Origin: Candidatus Omnitrophota bacterium
GTDB taxonomy: Bacteria; Omnitrophota; Gorgyraeia; Gygaellales; Profunditerraquicolaceae
Assembly: GCA_003598135.1 (NCBI GenBank)
Contig: QZKA01000026.1
Span: 11,258-75,257 of the forward strand
Length of the DNA: 64,000 nucleotides
Reading direction: 5' to 3'
Program-made: the position numbers and the translations under genes
The notes under the pieces: model-generated
What the model was told of the DNA's origin: nothing
What the model saw: only the letters and a program-made list of their open reading frames with translations
The model's database searches: none
Part shown: positions 1 to 9,142 of the stretch, piece by piece
Layout of the letters: every line of letters starts with the position of its first letter
Position numbering within the stretch: position 1 is the first letter of the stretch

Positions 1-3000
1 GAGAGGGCTTTCTGTCTTTGAGAATACTCCTTGAGTTATAGCAACGACGTCTCGCAATTTTCTTGATTTAACCGGAGATATATTTTCGGTTTCCCATTCT
101 TGATCAGTTAGTTCACTAACAAATAAACAAGTCCTTATTTCTACCTCACCAGCTTGCTGTCCTATCATAGCAATGTCTTGAAGCTTCTTAAATTTTCCTA
201 TACCTCTTTGGGTATAGTCTGCATACGTTCCGTCGAGCACTCCATGCTCGACGGCTATTTTATATGCCTTCTTTGGATGAGATACAAATCTTTGTTTTCC
301 TTTCAGATATGTTGAGAAATCTTGCCAGATTATGCTGTTTGTTTCTCCTGCGACAATGTTTTTAATAGCAGAATAGTAATTTAATGATAATAATTTTATA
401 TATCCTAAATCTACAATGGCGTTGCCTACCTTAGTAAGCCAACCCATCTTGCCGGACCGGAATTCGTAGTCTAAACCGCGGCCTTTCAGATTTTGTAGAA
501 ATTTCTTAAGCCACAGGGCACTCCTGCCCTTGATGATCAGCTGCGTTGCCACCTGGCCAAGCGGCAGGACCCGGTCAAGAGCCATCTTGGTCTCAAATAA
601 AGACGAGTATTCATGCACTATCTTGCGGATGTTTGTCGTCGGTTCTATGCCGCCTTTTCGCTGCAGGGCAAAACGGAAGAACTTCTCGCTGCCGATGATG
701 TTATCAAGCTCAAGCATTATGTCTGTAGGAATTCCTTCCTCTGCAGAGCGTTCATCAAAATATTGCTTCAATGCTCCTATAACTCCCCTTTCCAGTATTT
801 TTTCGGTTAAGGGCTGTTCAAGATACGTGATATAATTCTTGCGGAATTTCTGCAGGCCGAGTTTTTCTTTCACCATCACGAAGAAGTTCTTAAGATATGC
901 TACTACGGCTACTTCTTCTTTGGTGAGCTCTACCTTTTCACCGCTTAAGGCCCGGAAGATCTCTTTATTCTGAGAGGTAAAGAACCTTTTTGTCTTTTCT
1001 CCCGCAGGAAGTTTTCTTGATTTCTCAGCCTTGGTCAACATCTCCTCGAGCTGATTATCGCGCCGGCGCACTTCCTCTTCTGCAAATTCTGACCTTTCGT
1101 CTATCTCATTTAAAATTTTCCGCACAAGAGGATTTCCTTCTTTTATATCTACCGTCGGGATGAGTTCGTTGGCTACCCTGCTCATGATCAGACCCTCAAG
1201 GAGCTGTGGGTCGTTACCAAACTGCTCTATGGCGATACGTTTCGGCATGATGGCGAGATCCTTTACGTCTTCTAAAAGGCCCTGCAGCACTTCTATTTGC
1301 TTTTTCGATAGCAACTTGTCGCCTGCTTTAAGACCCTCGAGATAATCAACCACTTTTTGTATCTGAGGGATATCGGTATTTTTCCATTCTTTGATACCGA
1401 GATAACTCTTGATCCTCGATACTGTGATGTTGGAGAGCATCTTGCTTTTGGCGATCAGTTTTATCTTGGCTATCAGATCCTGCTTTCTCGCTTCCTCCTG
1501 GAGTTTCAGCTCATGCTCTCTGAGCCATTCAATAAATCTTGCACTTTGTCCTGTAACTCTTTCGGTAACGTATTGCTGTCCTTGCTCAACAGCTCCTGCT
1601 CCTTCTGGTCCAACTTGTCCCAGAGTCCGTTCAGCACTAACACCTGCGCCAGAAACATATTGCTGGGGGAATTTGAAGTTAATAAAGCTGATGATTTCAT
1701 CTCGACCGCTCCTTTCGGCTACTGCGCCTATCGCCTTATTAATGTTGTAAGGAAGTTTATGGGCGCGCAGCCAGTTTATCAATTCATAGTCCGCGTTATT
1801 GGTATATATTATCTTGACGCTTGTTTTTACTAAGGGCATTAGATGCTTCTCTAAATTCTCCTTGTGCCCTTTCCAGGTTATATCGCTTAAACCTACTGAA
1901 TATGTCCCAGCAGCTTCTGTTGGACTCAGGTATTGCGGATCCACGAGCACTACCACCGTTTCTTCCGCATTTACCTTGCCGGATTTTATGTCACCAGTGA
2001 GCGTATCCATCGCATCCCAGGCATCGCTTTGCATAACCGGCATCCCCTGATCTCTTTTTAACTCGCTATCTAATTGACCATTAAAGTCGATTAACTTGCT
2101 TACGATGTTCTTTATTGCCGATTCGCCCTTACTGGTCCGGATAATACCTTGCGTCCATTGGTATCCGCTTTCAGTTTTGCTTATAGAGAATATGCTGGCA
2201 TTCTCCAAAAAGTAATACTTAGCGCTTGATTCCGGGCTGGCGAATTTATCGGCCGCGGCTTCCTGCAGCAGATTATCTCCGAATTCCTGGATTACTTCCC
2301 GGGTAAAATAATAGCGTTCTTTTCTCAGGCCCATCTTCAGCCAAGAATTAAGCATATCGAGAAAGTCTTTATTGTCTTTTGCGGGCGGGAGATTAAAAGC
2401 ATCCTTCATCAGGACGACAAAATTGTTCATGATAGCTACCAACGTCTGCTTCATCACCTTCTGTTTCTCGGGATCCTGGATGTTTTTATAATAGTTATAT
2501 CGCTCGTCGCTGAGTTCATTCAAAGTATAGTTCTCTGCAGGGATATCCCAGAACAGGCCTACGCGATAACCCTTTGCACCACCCCAGAGGTCAAATACTT
2601 TCTTGATACCTTGCCTTAATACTGCTTTAAATTTTTCCGGGAGCCGCGCCAGAACCTCGGCTTTATTTCCGAGGAGAGCAAACGGCATGCCCCGGAATAT
2701 CTTGGCTCTTTCTTCGTAATTTATGTCTTCTTTAGTACTTATGACCGACCCGTTTCCTACTCCGGTTATCTCTCGCTCAGGCTTAAGCTTCTTTTTCGTT
2801 ACCGGCGCGCTGATCCCTTTTTGCATCTTAACCCTGGCTGCCTTGCTTATTTTCGCCTCTGATGTCGCAGCGCGGCCCTGTATTTCATTGCTAAAATACG
2901 CCTTAATTAGATCTAAAACGTCCTGCTCGGTTTCAAGGGGAGCGCCGATTATACCGCCAAGTTCTGCAGCTAATACATCTGGCCGCTGTCCGCCCTCACC

Positions 3001-6000
3001 AAACAGCCAAGGTAGAAGTTTTAGATCCGCATATTCTCCTTCCTCTTTCAGGGCCGGATCCAGCTTTCCTTTAAGGTAATTCTTTATCTGATTTCTTATG
3101 AACCCTTCCTCTGCTGCCCCTGCCTCTTCCGTTTCGGCGCGCATCTCATCGACTATTTCCTGCATGTGCGCGTATGCCCACATCTCGGTTTTCTTCACGT
3201 CCTCTATGTCCTCGCCGAACTCTTTAGCGATCTGTTTCAGGCTCTTTTTCTCGTCGATGTATTTCTTAAGGAACTCCTTGTCGGACACCGTCAGCCTGTT
3301 GATAATGTCTGAAGTATTCCAAAATTCCATCTCAGCCTTGCGCTGTTCAATACGTGGCTTTGGCTGCTCTTCTTCCGGTGCCGGAGGATGCGTTAGGCCG
3401 CCTGCCGCCGGAATATTTTTTTCTCTATAATCATCGAGCCATTTCTGCGCCTGTTTTTCTGTGGTAAAATTAGGGCTTATGCTTGTATTTACACCATTCT
3501 CTTCTTTATAAACACTATATCCTCCACCGCCTAACCCCTTGGGGCCAGTATTCTTCAAAATCTTTAGATTTTCTTCACCACCTAATACCTTACCTTTAAG
3601 CTTATTTAATTCGCCTTCATAGACGGTAATCTGCTTCCCATCCTGCAGCTTAACTTTATTCGGAACGATATTGCCTTCAGAATCATAGACCGGCAAAGTC
3701 CGGTATTCCTCACCTTTGGGTAAAGTCACGATCTCACCTTTTGTATTTACTATCTGCATCTCTTCATCCATACGGAAGATCTGCATCTGGTCAGGCTCTA
3801 ACCCAGATACGCCGACTTCTTTTGGCATCTTGCCGAAGACGGGTTGACCTTCCTGCAGGAGTGCTTGCTTCATCTGGGGGGTGATGGTGATGGATTGCTG
3901 GGTTGTTAATCTGGCTTTCTCAAAATATCCTGGCGTTATCTCTTTTACTTCGTCTCCTATTTCTACCGTCTCAACCTGCGCCCCAAACTTCTTGGCGTAG
4001 TCATTAAGCCAGTTGGGAATTTGTTTGTCATAGAGATTCTGCGCCCATTCTCCGCCAACTCTTAAATCCTCGCCTTTAATACTTCCTGATTTTTTACCGT
4101 CTATAATTTTCTGGGCATTATCTTTACCTACAAAATTGCGGAGTTCTTCTGGATTCTGTATTGCCTTACCCTCAAGAATTTTTCCATCTTTAATAATATC
4201 AACACTCCATCCTTGAGCTGGGCCAAAACTTTTATACTTTATCTCGTCTATAATTTTACTTAAATCATAATACTCCGCCACCTGTTCCCCCGTCGCCCAA
4301 GTTATAAAGTCGTATCCATTCTCAGCAGCATAACGCAAGAGACGCTTGAGAATAATTTCGTGCCAGCGGGTAACGGCGGGATGTTGAGGCACCATCTTAA
4401 ATCCTTGACCTATAGCTATACCTTTTTCCACTGATGCCTGGAATTTTCTATAATCTATACTCCACTGGCTCTGGATTTCGTTAACAAATAATCCTTTGCG
4501 GCCCTGCTCATCCGTTACATCAGCCATACGCGCATGCGCGAAGACGTTGGGTTCGTCCCAATGAGGTTCTTTGTATGCAGAGACATAAGGTATATTTTGT
4601 CTTTGCCATTCAAGATATTCTGCTCCATTATATCGAACAGCATATTCTGCATCTTCTTTTGATAGTCCTTGTTGCATTAAATCTCTAATTGCATCGGAGG
4701 GCCTTAATCTCGAATGTTCATAAGGTACCTTCAACAACATCTCCTTATAATTCTCTGTAACTACGTTATATTTGGCGTCGGAGTATTTAGCGGTATCAAC
4801 TTTTTGTGTTTTAGGATTTCCTACCACGAATTGATTGTAACGCTCTAAGTCATCCTTAGTTTCTATAGATTCGTATTCGCCTTCACGACTAATGCCATGC
4901 ACCTGCTTACCTTCATCAAAAGCTTCCGTGGCTCTATCTGCTTCTACAACCTCAAGTTCTCCTACGCCCTTTACCATCTCCTCAATCGTCATCTGGTTCT
5001 TTTGTAGGTAGTCAAGGAGTTCGGGCTTCGATATCTTCTCCTTGCCTTTCAGAAATCCCTCTATTCCAGACCACTCGATTTCTTCATTAGGTATCTGTGC
5101 ACTCTGCAGGATGCCGCGCACCTGCTCTATTGGAGCGGATTCCGGCATCTTCTCTGCCAGGGCGCTTGTCATCTTAGAATAAAAAACAGGGGCTTTTTGG
5201 GGCTTTACAGCCATTCCGCCGGCTTTAGGCTGGGTAGTAGTAGTGGTGGCTGGAGCCCAGATTGCCCTGCCTGCCTCGCCTGGTGCTTGTTTTGAGGGTG
5301 TTTTAGGGGTATATGTCAATCTGTCATAAGTAGCCTGTTTGGCTGGGTCTATAGGGCCAGCTGGCTTTTCTATCTTGGTGCGCATCAAAGTATAGAAATC
5401 CTTGATCATCCTAAATAAACCTACCCGCGTTGATGCTGCATCTAAAGCATCTACATCAAGGGTTATCTTTCCTTCTGGAAGACCTTTTTCGCTGGCTATC
5501 CTGTTTGCTTGAGCTATAATGCCCCTGCCAAGAGCCGTTTTTGCCAATGTTGGAGCTTCAAAAATAAGCGATAAAGCCGTAATCATACCGCCTTGCTTTA
5601 AGGCCTGTTCGAGATCTGTTCCGAATACTGTCTCAAGGCCTGCAGTGCCTGCCCCTCTTGCTCCGGCCCGGGCTATTGCCGAAAGATACGGCCGTCCTAT
5701 GAATCTAAGCGCTCCGGAATAATGCCATATTGGAGCCATTGCCCCGCTCTTTATGGCTTCAACCCCAAGTTCTTTTGCTTTTTCTCCCGCAGGCATAAGC
5801 AGGCTTTCATCGGTTCTGATCTCTCCTACTTTTCTTGTTAAACCTACAGTCTCAAAGGTAGCCAGCGTTCCTAACAAGCTCTGTGGGAATAATGGCGCTG
5901 TGGCTATAAATGGCGCTACTCCGGAAACTATCTGGCCTAAAGTAAAGGCAACCGGATGCTCTTTCTGCATGGCTATGTCTTGCTCAACTTCAGCTTGCGG

Positions 6001-6354
6001 TTTAGGGCCTTTCTCTAATCCAAACGGCCTTGATAAATCAGGCCGGTATCCAAACGGCTTAGTGAAAAATCCCACGACTCCTTCGGTATACGGGATTAAA
6101 AAAGATTGCAGGGCGCCAGGGTCATTAGTTTCCGCGTCTTGAATAAACCTTACTTCTCCTGCGCTCAGCGGCCGGTTGATGTTGTCCTTGATCTGCTGAT
6201 GGAATTGCGAGCGCACAAACCCCTCATATCCTTCTCCTCCGTCGATAGGCTCAGTTACTTTTAAAGCCGTGTTGATGTCAAATTCCGGCTCTTTGGTAGG
6301 TTGGCCGTTTTCTTCTGCAATAGGAATTGCCGTCTTGATATCAAACGCTGGCAT
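1..6354 (-). CDS. giant virion-associated protein, over 2100 aa, C-terminus beyond the window start; putative internal virion/ejection protein (T7 gp16-like position)
   Basis: Single open minus-strand frame from ATG at 6354 (TAATG overlap with the upstream gene) to the window edge, verified at both ends; no other plausible ORF in 6.3 kb; last gene of the tail/ejection block. Confidence 0.6.
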   Translation of the reverse strand, partial: MPAFDIKTAIPIAEENGQPTKEPEFDINTALKVTEPIDGGEGYEGFVRSQFHQQIKDNINRPLSAGEVRFIQDAETNDPGALQSFLIPYTEGVVGFFTKPFGYRPDLSRPFGLEKGPKPQAEVEQDIAMQKEHPVAFTLGQIVSGVAPFIATAPLFPQSLLGTLATFETVGLTRKVGEIRTDESLLMPAGEKAKELGVEAIKSGAMAPIWHYSGALRFIGRPYLSAIARAGARGAGTAGLETVFGTDLEQALKQGGMITALSLIFEAPTLAKTALGRGIIAQANRIASEKGLPEGKITLDVDALDAASTRVGLFRMIKDFYTLMRTKIEKPAGPIDPAKQATYDRLTYTPKTPSKQAPGEAGRAIWAPATTTTTQPKAGGMAVKPQKAPVFYSKMTSALAEKMPESAPIEQVRGILQSAQIPNEEIEWSGIEGFLKGKEKISKPELLDYLQKNQMTIEEMVKGVGELEVVEADRATEAFDEGKQVHGISREGEYESIETKDDLERYNQFVVGNPKTQKVDTAKYSDAKYNVVTENYKEMLLKVPYEHSRLRPSDAIRDLMQQGLSKEDAEYAVRYNGAEYLEWQRQNIPYVSAYKEPHWDEPNVFAHARMADVTDEQGRKGLFVNEIQSQWSIDYRKFQASVEKGIAIGQGFKMVPQHPAVTRWHEIILKRLLRYAAENGYDFITWATGEQVAEYYDLSKIIDEIKYKSFGPAQGWSVDIIKDGKILEGKAIQNPEELRNFVGKDNAQKIIDGKKSGSIKGEDLRVGGEWAQNLYDKQIPNWLNDYAKKFGAQVETVEIGDEVKEITPGYFEKARLTTQQSITITPQMKQALLQEGQPVFGKMPKEVGVSGLEPDQMQIFRMDEEMQIVNTKGEIVTLPKGEEYRTLPVYDSEGNIVPNKVKLQDGKQITVYEGELNKLKGKVLGGEENLKILKNTGPKGLGGGGYSVYKEENGVNTSISPNFTTEKQAQKWLDDYREKNIPAAGGLTHPPAPEEEQPKPRIEQRKAEMEFWNTSDIINRLTVSDKEFLKKYIDEKKSLKQIAKEFGEDIEDVKKTEMWAYAHMQEIVDEMRAETEEAGAAEEGFIRNQIKNYLKGKLDPALKEEGEYADLKLLPWLFGEGGQRPDVLAAELGGIIGAPLETEQDVLDLIKAYFSNEIQGRAATSEAKISKAARVKMQKGISAPVTKKKLKPEREITGVGNGSVISTKEDINYEERAKIFRGMPFALLGNKAEVLARLPEKFKAVLRQGIKKVFDLWGGAKGYRVGLFWDIPAENYTLNELSDERYNYYKNIQDPEKQKVMKQTLVAIMNNFVVLMKDAFNLPPAKDNKDFLDMLNSWLKMGLRKERYYFTREVIQEFGDNLLQEAAADKFASPESSAKYYFLENASIFSISKTESGYQWTQGIIRTSKGESAIKNIVSKLIDFNGQLDSELKRDQGMPVMQSDAWDAMDTLTGDIKSGKVNAEETVVVLVDPQYLSPTEAAGTYSVGLSDITWKGHKENLEKHLMPLVKTSVKIIYTNNADYELINWLRAHKLPYNINKAIGAVAERSGRDEIISFINFKFPQQYVSGAGVSAERTLGQVGPEGAGAVEQGQQYVTERVTGQSARFIEWLREHELKLQEEARKQDLIAKIKLIAKSKMLSNITVSRIKSYLGIKEWKNTDIPQIQKVVDYLEGLKAGDKLLSKKQIEVLQGLLEDVKDLAIMPKRIAIEQFGNDPQLLEGLIMSRVANELIPTVDIKEGNPLVRKILNEIDERSEFAEEEVRRRDNQLEEMLTKAEKSRKLPAGEKTKRFFTSQNKEIFRALSGEKVELTKEEVAVVAYLKNFFVMVKEKLGLQKFRKNYITYLEQPLTEKILERGVIGALKQYFDERSAEEGIPTDIMLELDNIIGSEKFFRFALQRKGGIEPTTNIRKIVHEYSSLFETKMALDRVLPLGQVATQLIIKGRSALWLKKFLQNLKGRGLDYEFRSGKMGWLTKVGNAIVDLGYIKLLSLNYYSAIKNIVAGETNSIIWQDFSTYLKGKQRFVSHPKKAYKIAVEHGVLDGTYADYTQRGIGKFKKLQDIAMIGQQAGEVEIRTCLFVSELTDQEWETENISPVKSRKLRDVVAITQGVFSKTESPL

Positions 6355-8015
6355 TATTTCTGTCCTTCAGTTTTGGTTTTCTCTTTGTACGTTACTACCG
6401 GTTCAATAGTACCGTCAGGATACACTATCGCCTTGTTACCGTACGCATCCATCATCAGCTGGCCTTTGGGAGATATCGTGTCTATTTCGGGAATCTTACT
6501 GCGTAGGTGATCGTTCATAATCGCTTTTACCGCTTCCTGCGGATTCGCCTGCGGGTCCTGCAACGTGCCTAACAGTTGCTTGATTCGAAAAGTTATCTCT
6601 TCATCACTGGCGTTATTTTTCCCCATCCACGATTTGAATCCTTTTATGGCCGAGTTTATTGGTCCCGAATAACGATTAAATTCTATATGTTTCAAGTTTT
6701 TCTGAAGGGCATTTAAAAACCTCGTTTCCTGCGAGTTTATAATCCCGTCGGCGTATGCTTCGGCGAGTTTTTCCCTGGCATGCCATTTATCAGTGTCTTC
6801 ACTTACAAAGGCATCTATCAATTTTAAGTATTCTTTAACTTCCTTTGCGCGCTTGGTTGGGTCTTTGTCGGAATCTTTCTCCGTAAGCATCCTATTCAAA
6901 TCTCTTTGAATACCGTTCTGTATTGCTCTTTGATAATTCACCAAGATTTTTTTCTTTAATCCTCCAGCTTCCTCCGGGATCTGCATTTCATTCTCGATAT
7001 CGCGCAGAGTAAGTTTTTCCGTGGCGAGATTATCAAGCAACTTGTTATGCCTCGTTTCCTGGCCGTCGGCAATCATCTTTTCGGCAAGCGTATTGGTAAA
7101 GTCATACGCGGCTTTGCGCTTGACCGGGTCTTTTATGTTATATGCGTTTTCTTCTATCTTCTTGCGGGTGGTAATAGGATCAAGGAATGCGTCGGTTATC
7201 GCGATATTGTACGGGATACCGCTCTCGACTTCCTCTTTCATTTTTTGCTCTATTTCGGCCGGCACTTTTCCTTTTATCGCGTTGTAGATTGACTGTGCTT
7301 TTATGAGATTATTCTCTGCCATGGCGGATGCAAACGCGCTTTTTGCCACCTTACCTGTTATCTTTACACGCTCTGCTTCGGCAGTTTTCTCGTCGAAGCC
7401 GCTTATCTTGCTAAGCGAATTTTGGGTCACGATAGCCTGCTCTATAGCCCGTATCACCGATGGCCCATCCTGCAGCTGCGCGGCATCGTTTACCTGGATA
7501 TCAAGGTTAGACTTAAATGAATTCTGGATGCTTTCGTCTACCTGTTGGCGCTCATGGCGTATGATGGTATCGCGGCTCGATAAATATGTCTGGTCAAGCC
7601 TTCGCGCCAAAGCTTCTTTTTGCTCGGGGGCCGCTACGTTATTCAGATAATGCTTCCGGATGGTATAGTATGTATTATCAAACTCCGGGGTGACGTTCTG
7701 TGCCTGATCGAGTTTTCTGTTCAAAAAACCGACAGGCTTTCCTTTATCATCCACTTGGTCGTTATAGAGTACATTTTGTAGGTCCTTCCTGAACGAGGTA
7801 TCCTGTTCGATGAGCTCCTTTTCCATCAGTTCTTTTTTGCGCTCGGCTGCCCTCTTCATCAGGGCATTCGCTATCGTAAGGCCGGTTTCTCCGAGCCGCG
7901 TTGCAGCATCAGCCATTTCCGCGCCGAAAGCCGCAGAAGGCGGCCTTAATTCCTGAGGAGTCGATACTGTAGGCACTACTCTGCTTGTCTGTTTCTCATA
8001 TACAGGAACTCTCAT
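6354..8015 (-). CDS. coiled-coil-rich phage protein, 553 aa, putative internal virion protein (gp15-like position)
   Basis: Long ORF with K/E-rich helical composition, coupled to the flanking virion genes. Confidence 0.55.
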   Translation of the reverse strand: MRVPVYEKQTSRVVPTVSTPQELRPPSAAFGAEMADAATRLGETGLTIANALMKRAAERKKELMEKELIEQDTSFRKDLQNVLYNDQVDDKGKPVGFLNRKLDQAQNVTPEFDNTYYTIRKHYLNNVAAPEQKEALARRLDQTYLSSRDTIIRHERQQVDESIQNSFKSNLDIQVNDAAQLQDGPSVIRAIEQAIVTQNSLSKISGFDEKTAEAERVKITGKVAKSAFASAMAENNLIKAQSIYNAIKGKVPAEIEQKMKEEVESGIPYNIAITDAFLDPITTRKKIEENAYNIKDPVKRKAAYDFTNTLAEKMIADGQETRHNKLLDNLATEKLTLRDIENEMQIPEEAGGLKKKILVNYQRAIQNGIQRDLNRMLTEKDSDKDPTKRAKEVKEYLKLIDAFVSEDTDKWHAREKLAEAYADGIINSQETRFLNALQKNLKHIEFNRYSGPINSAIKGFKSWMGKNNASDEEITFRIKQLLGTLQDPQANPQEAVKAIMNDHLRSKIPEIDTISPKGQLMMDAYGNKAIVYPDGTIEPVVTYKEKTKTEGQK

Positions 8016-8026
8016 CGCGTTTTCTC

Positions 8027-8659
8027 CTAATAGAGTTTATAGGGAGACCATGTCCTCCCATACTGCTGCGTATCGATAACTTGCCCGCCTCTGCCGCCGA
8101 CGACCGTTGATCCCTTTGAAGATCCCATTCCGCCAAACCCTCCGGCGACAGATGAAGCTGTCCCTAATAAGGTCGTAGTCATGTTTATCTCCGCTGTCCT
8201 CTTCGCTGCCTTTCCTGCAAACCGGTATAGCGTTGATTGATTCCTTAATGCAATCGCTCGTTCGTTCGCTTCTTTATTTACTGCCCAGGATTGGATATCG
8301 GCATTGTAGCGTATATTCGTTTCATCAAGCTTTGCTCTATTCGCCGTATCGTTAAGAATATCTTCTGCAGTAACACCGGTTAGGCCCATAGCGGCCATCG
8401 CCGCTTTCTGCGCTCCTTTTACCCTTGAGACATCGCCTTTCAGCTCCTTCGCTCTTTGCGCGGCTTCGCTTTGTATAATGCTTGTCTGCTCTTCTGCGGT
8501 TTTCTGTATTGCCTCAGCTTCACGTTCATTCTGGTCAGCTAAATAGCGGTAATACTTATTCTGAGACTGGCCAGCCTGGTATTGGCCGTACGCAGTCATT
8601 CCGCCGCTCGCCGCGGCTAATACTACTCCGGTTATAGTAAGGCTGACAGGGTCGCACAT
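8027..8659 (-). CDS. phage virion protein, 210 aa, Gly-rich C-terminus (gp14-like position)
   Basis: ORF sits between the tail gene and the internal-protein genes. Confidence 0.5.
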   Translation of the reverse strand: MCDPVSLTITGVVLAAASGGMTAYGQYQAGQSQNKYYRYLADQNEREAEAIQKTAEEQTSIIQSEAAQRAKELKGDVSRVKGAQKAAMAAMGLTGVTAEDILNDTANRAKLDETNIRYNADIQSWAVNKEANERAIALRNQSTLYRFAGKAAKRTAEINMTTTLLGTASSVAGGFGGMGSSKGSTVVGGRGGQVIDTQQYGRTWSPYKLY

Positions 8660-9142
8660 TTAGTTGGTCCTCCCAAAATAAAAATAATGAAAAGGTAATT
8701 GTTCTACGCCGTACGGCTTGGCTTCCTCTATTACCGCGCCGCACCACTTAAGCCAGCGTATTGATTCTACGTTTCGCGCATCCACGTAATTTTCCAATAC
8801 CGGATACCTTATTAACATCATGTCTATATAATGCTGGCATTCCTTTACGAAAGATTTGCGGATATGCCGTATTTTTTCAGTCGCAAGCATCCACACGGTC
8901 GCGCTGTTGTCTAATAACGTCTGCGGCGTTATGCCGAATATCACCGCCGGCATGCCCTTGACGTCTACGGTAAGACACAACTCCGAAACAGCAAAAGATA
9001 ATTCCAGCGCTTTCTCGGGAGTATGGTGATGGCTTGCCCATACTTCTTGCACATCTGAAAGGCGCAGATGGTTTTTCATCATCTCTATGTCAAGTCTCGT
9101 TGTCGTCCTCACCACATTCCCGTTCTTATTGTAATAAACCAT
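8660..9142 (-). CDS. phage protein, 160 aa (gp13-like position)
   Basis: ORF whose start overlaps the upstream tail gene stop (ATGA). Confidence 0.5.
   Translation of the reverse strand: MVYYNKNGNVVRTTTRLDIEMMKNHLRLSDVQEVWASHHHTPEKALELSFAVSELCLTVDVKGMPAVIFGITPQTLLDNSATVWMLATEKIRHIRKSFVKECQHYIDMMLIRYPVLENYVDARNVESIRWLKWCGAVIEEAKPYGVEQLPFHYFYFGRTN

Noticed and set aside
530-6142. Multiple plus-strand ORFs of 60 to 160 aa
   Set aside because: They are antisense to the continuous giant minus-strand ORF and have low-complexity, non-protein-like composition.
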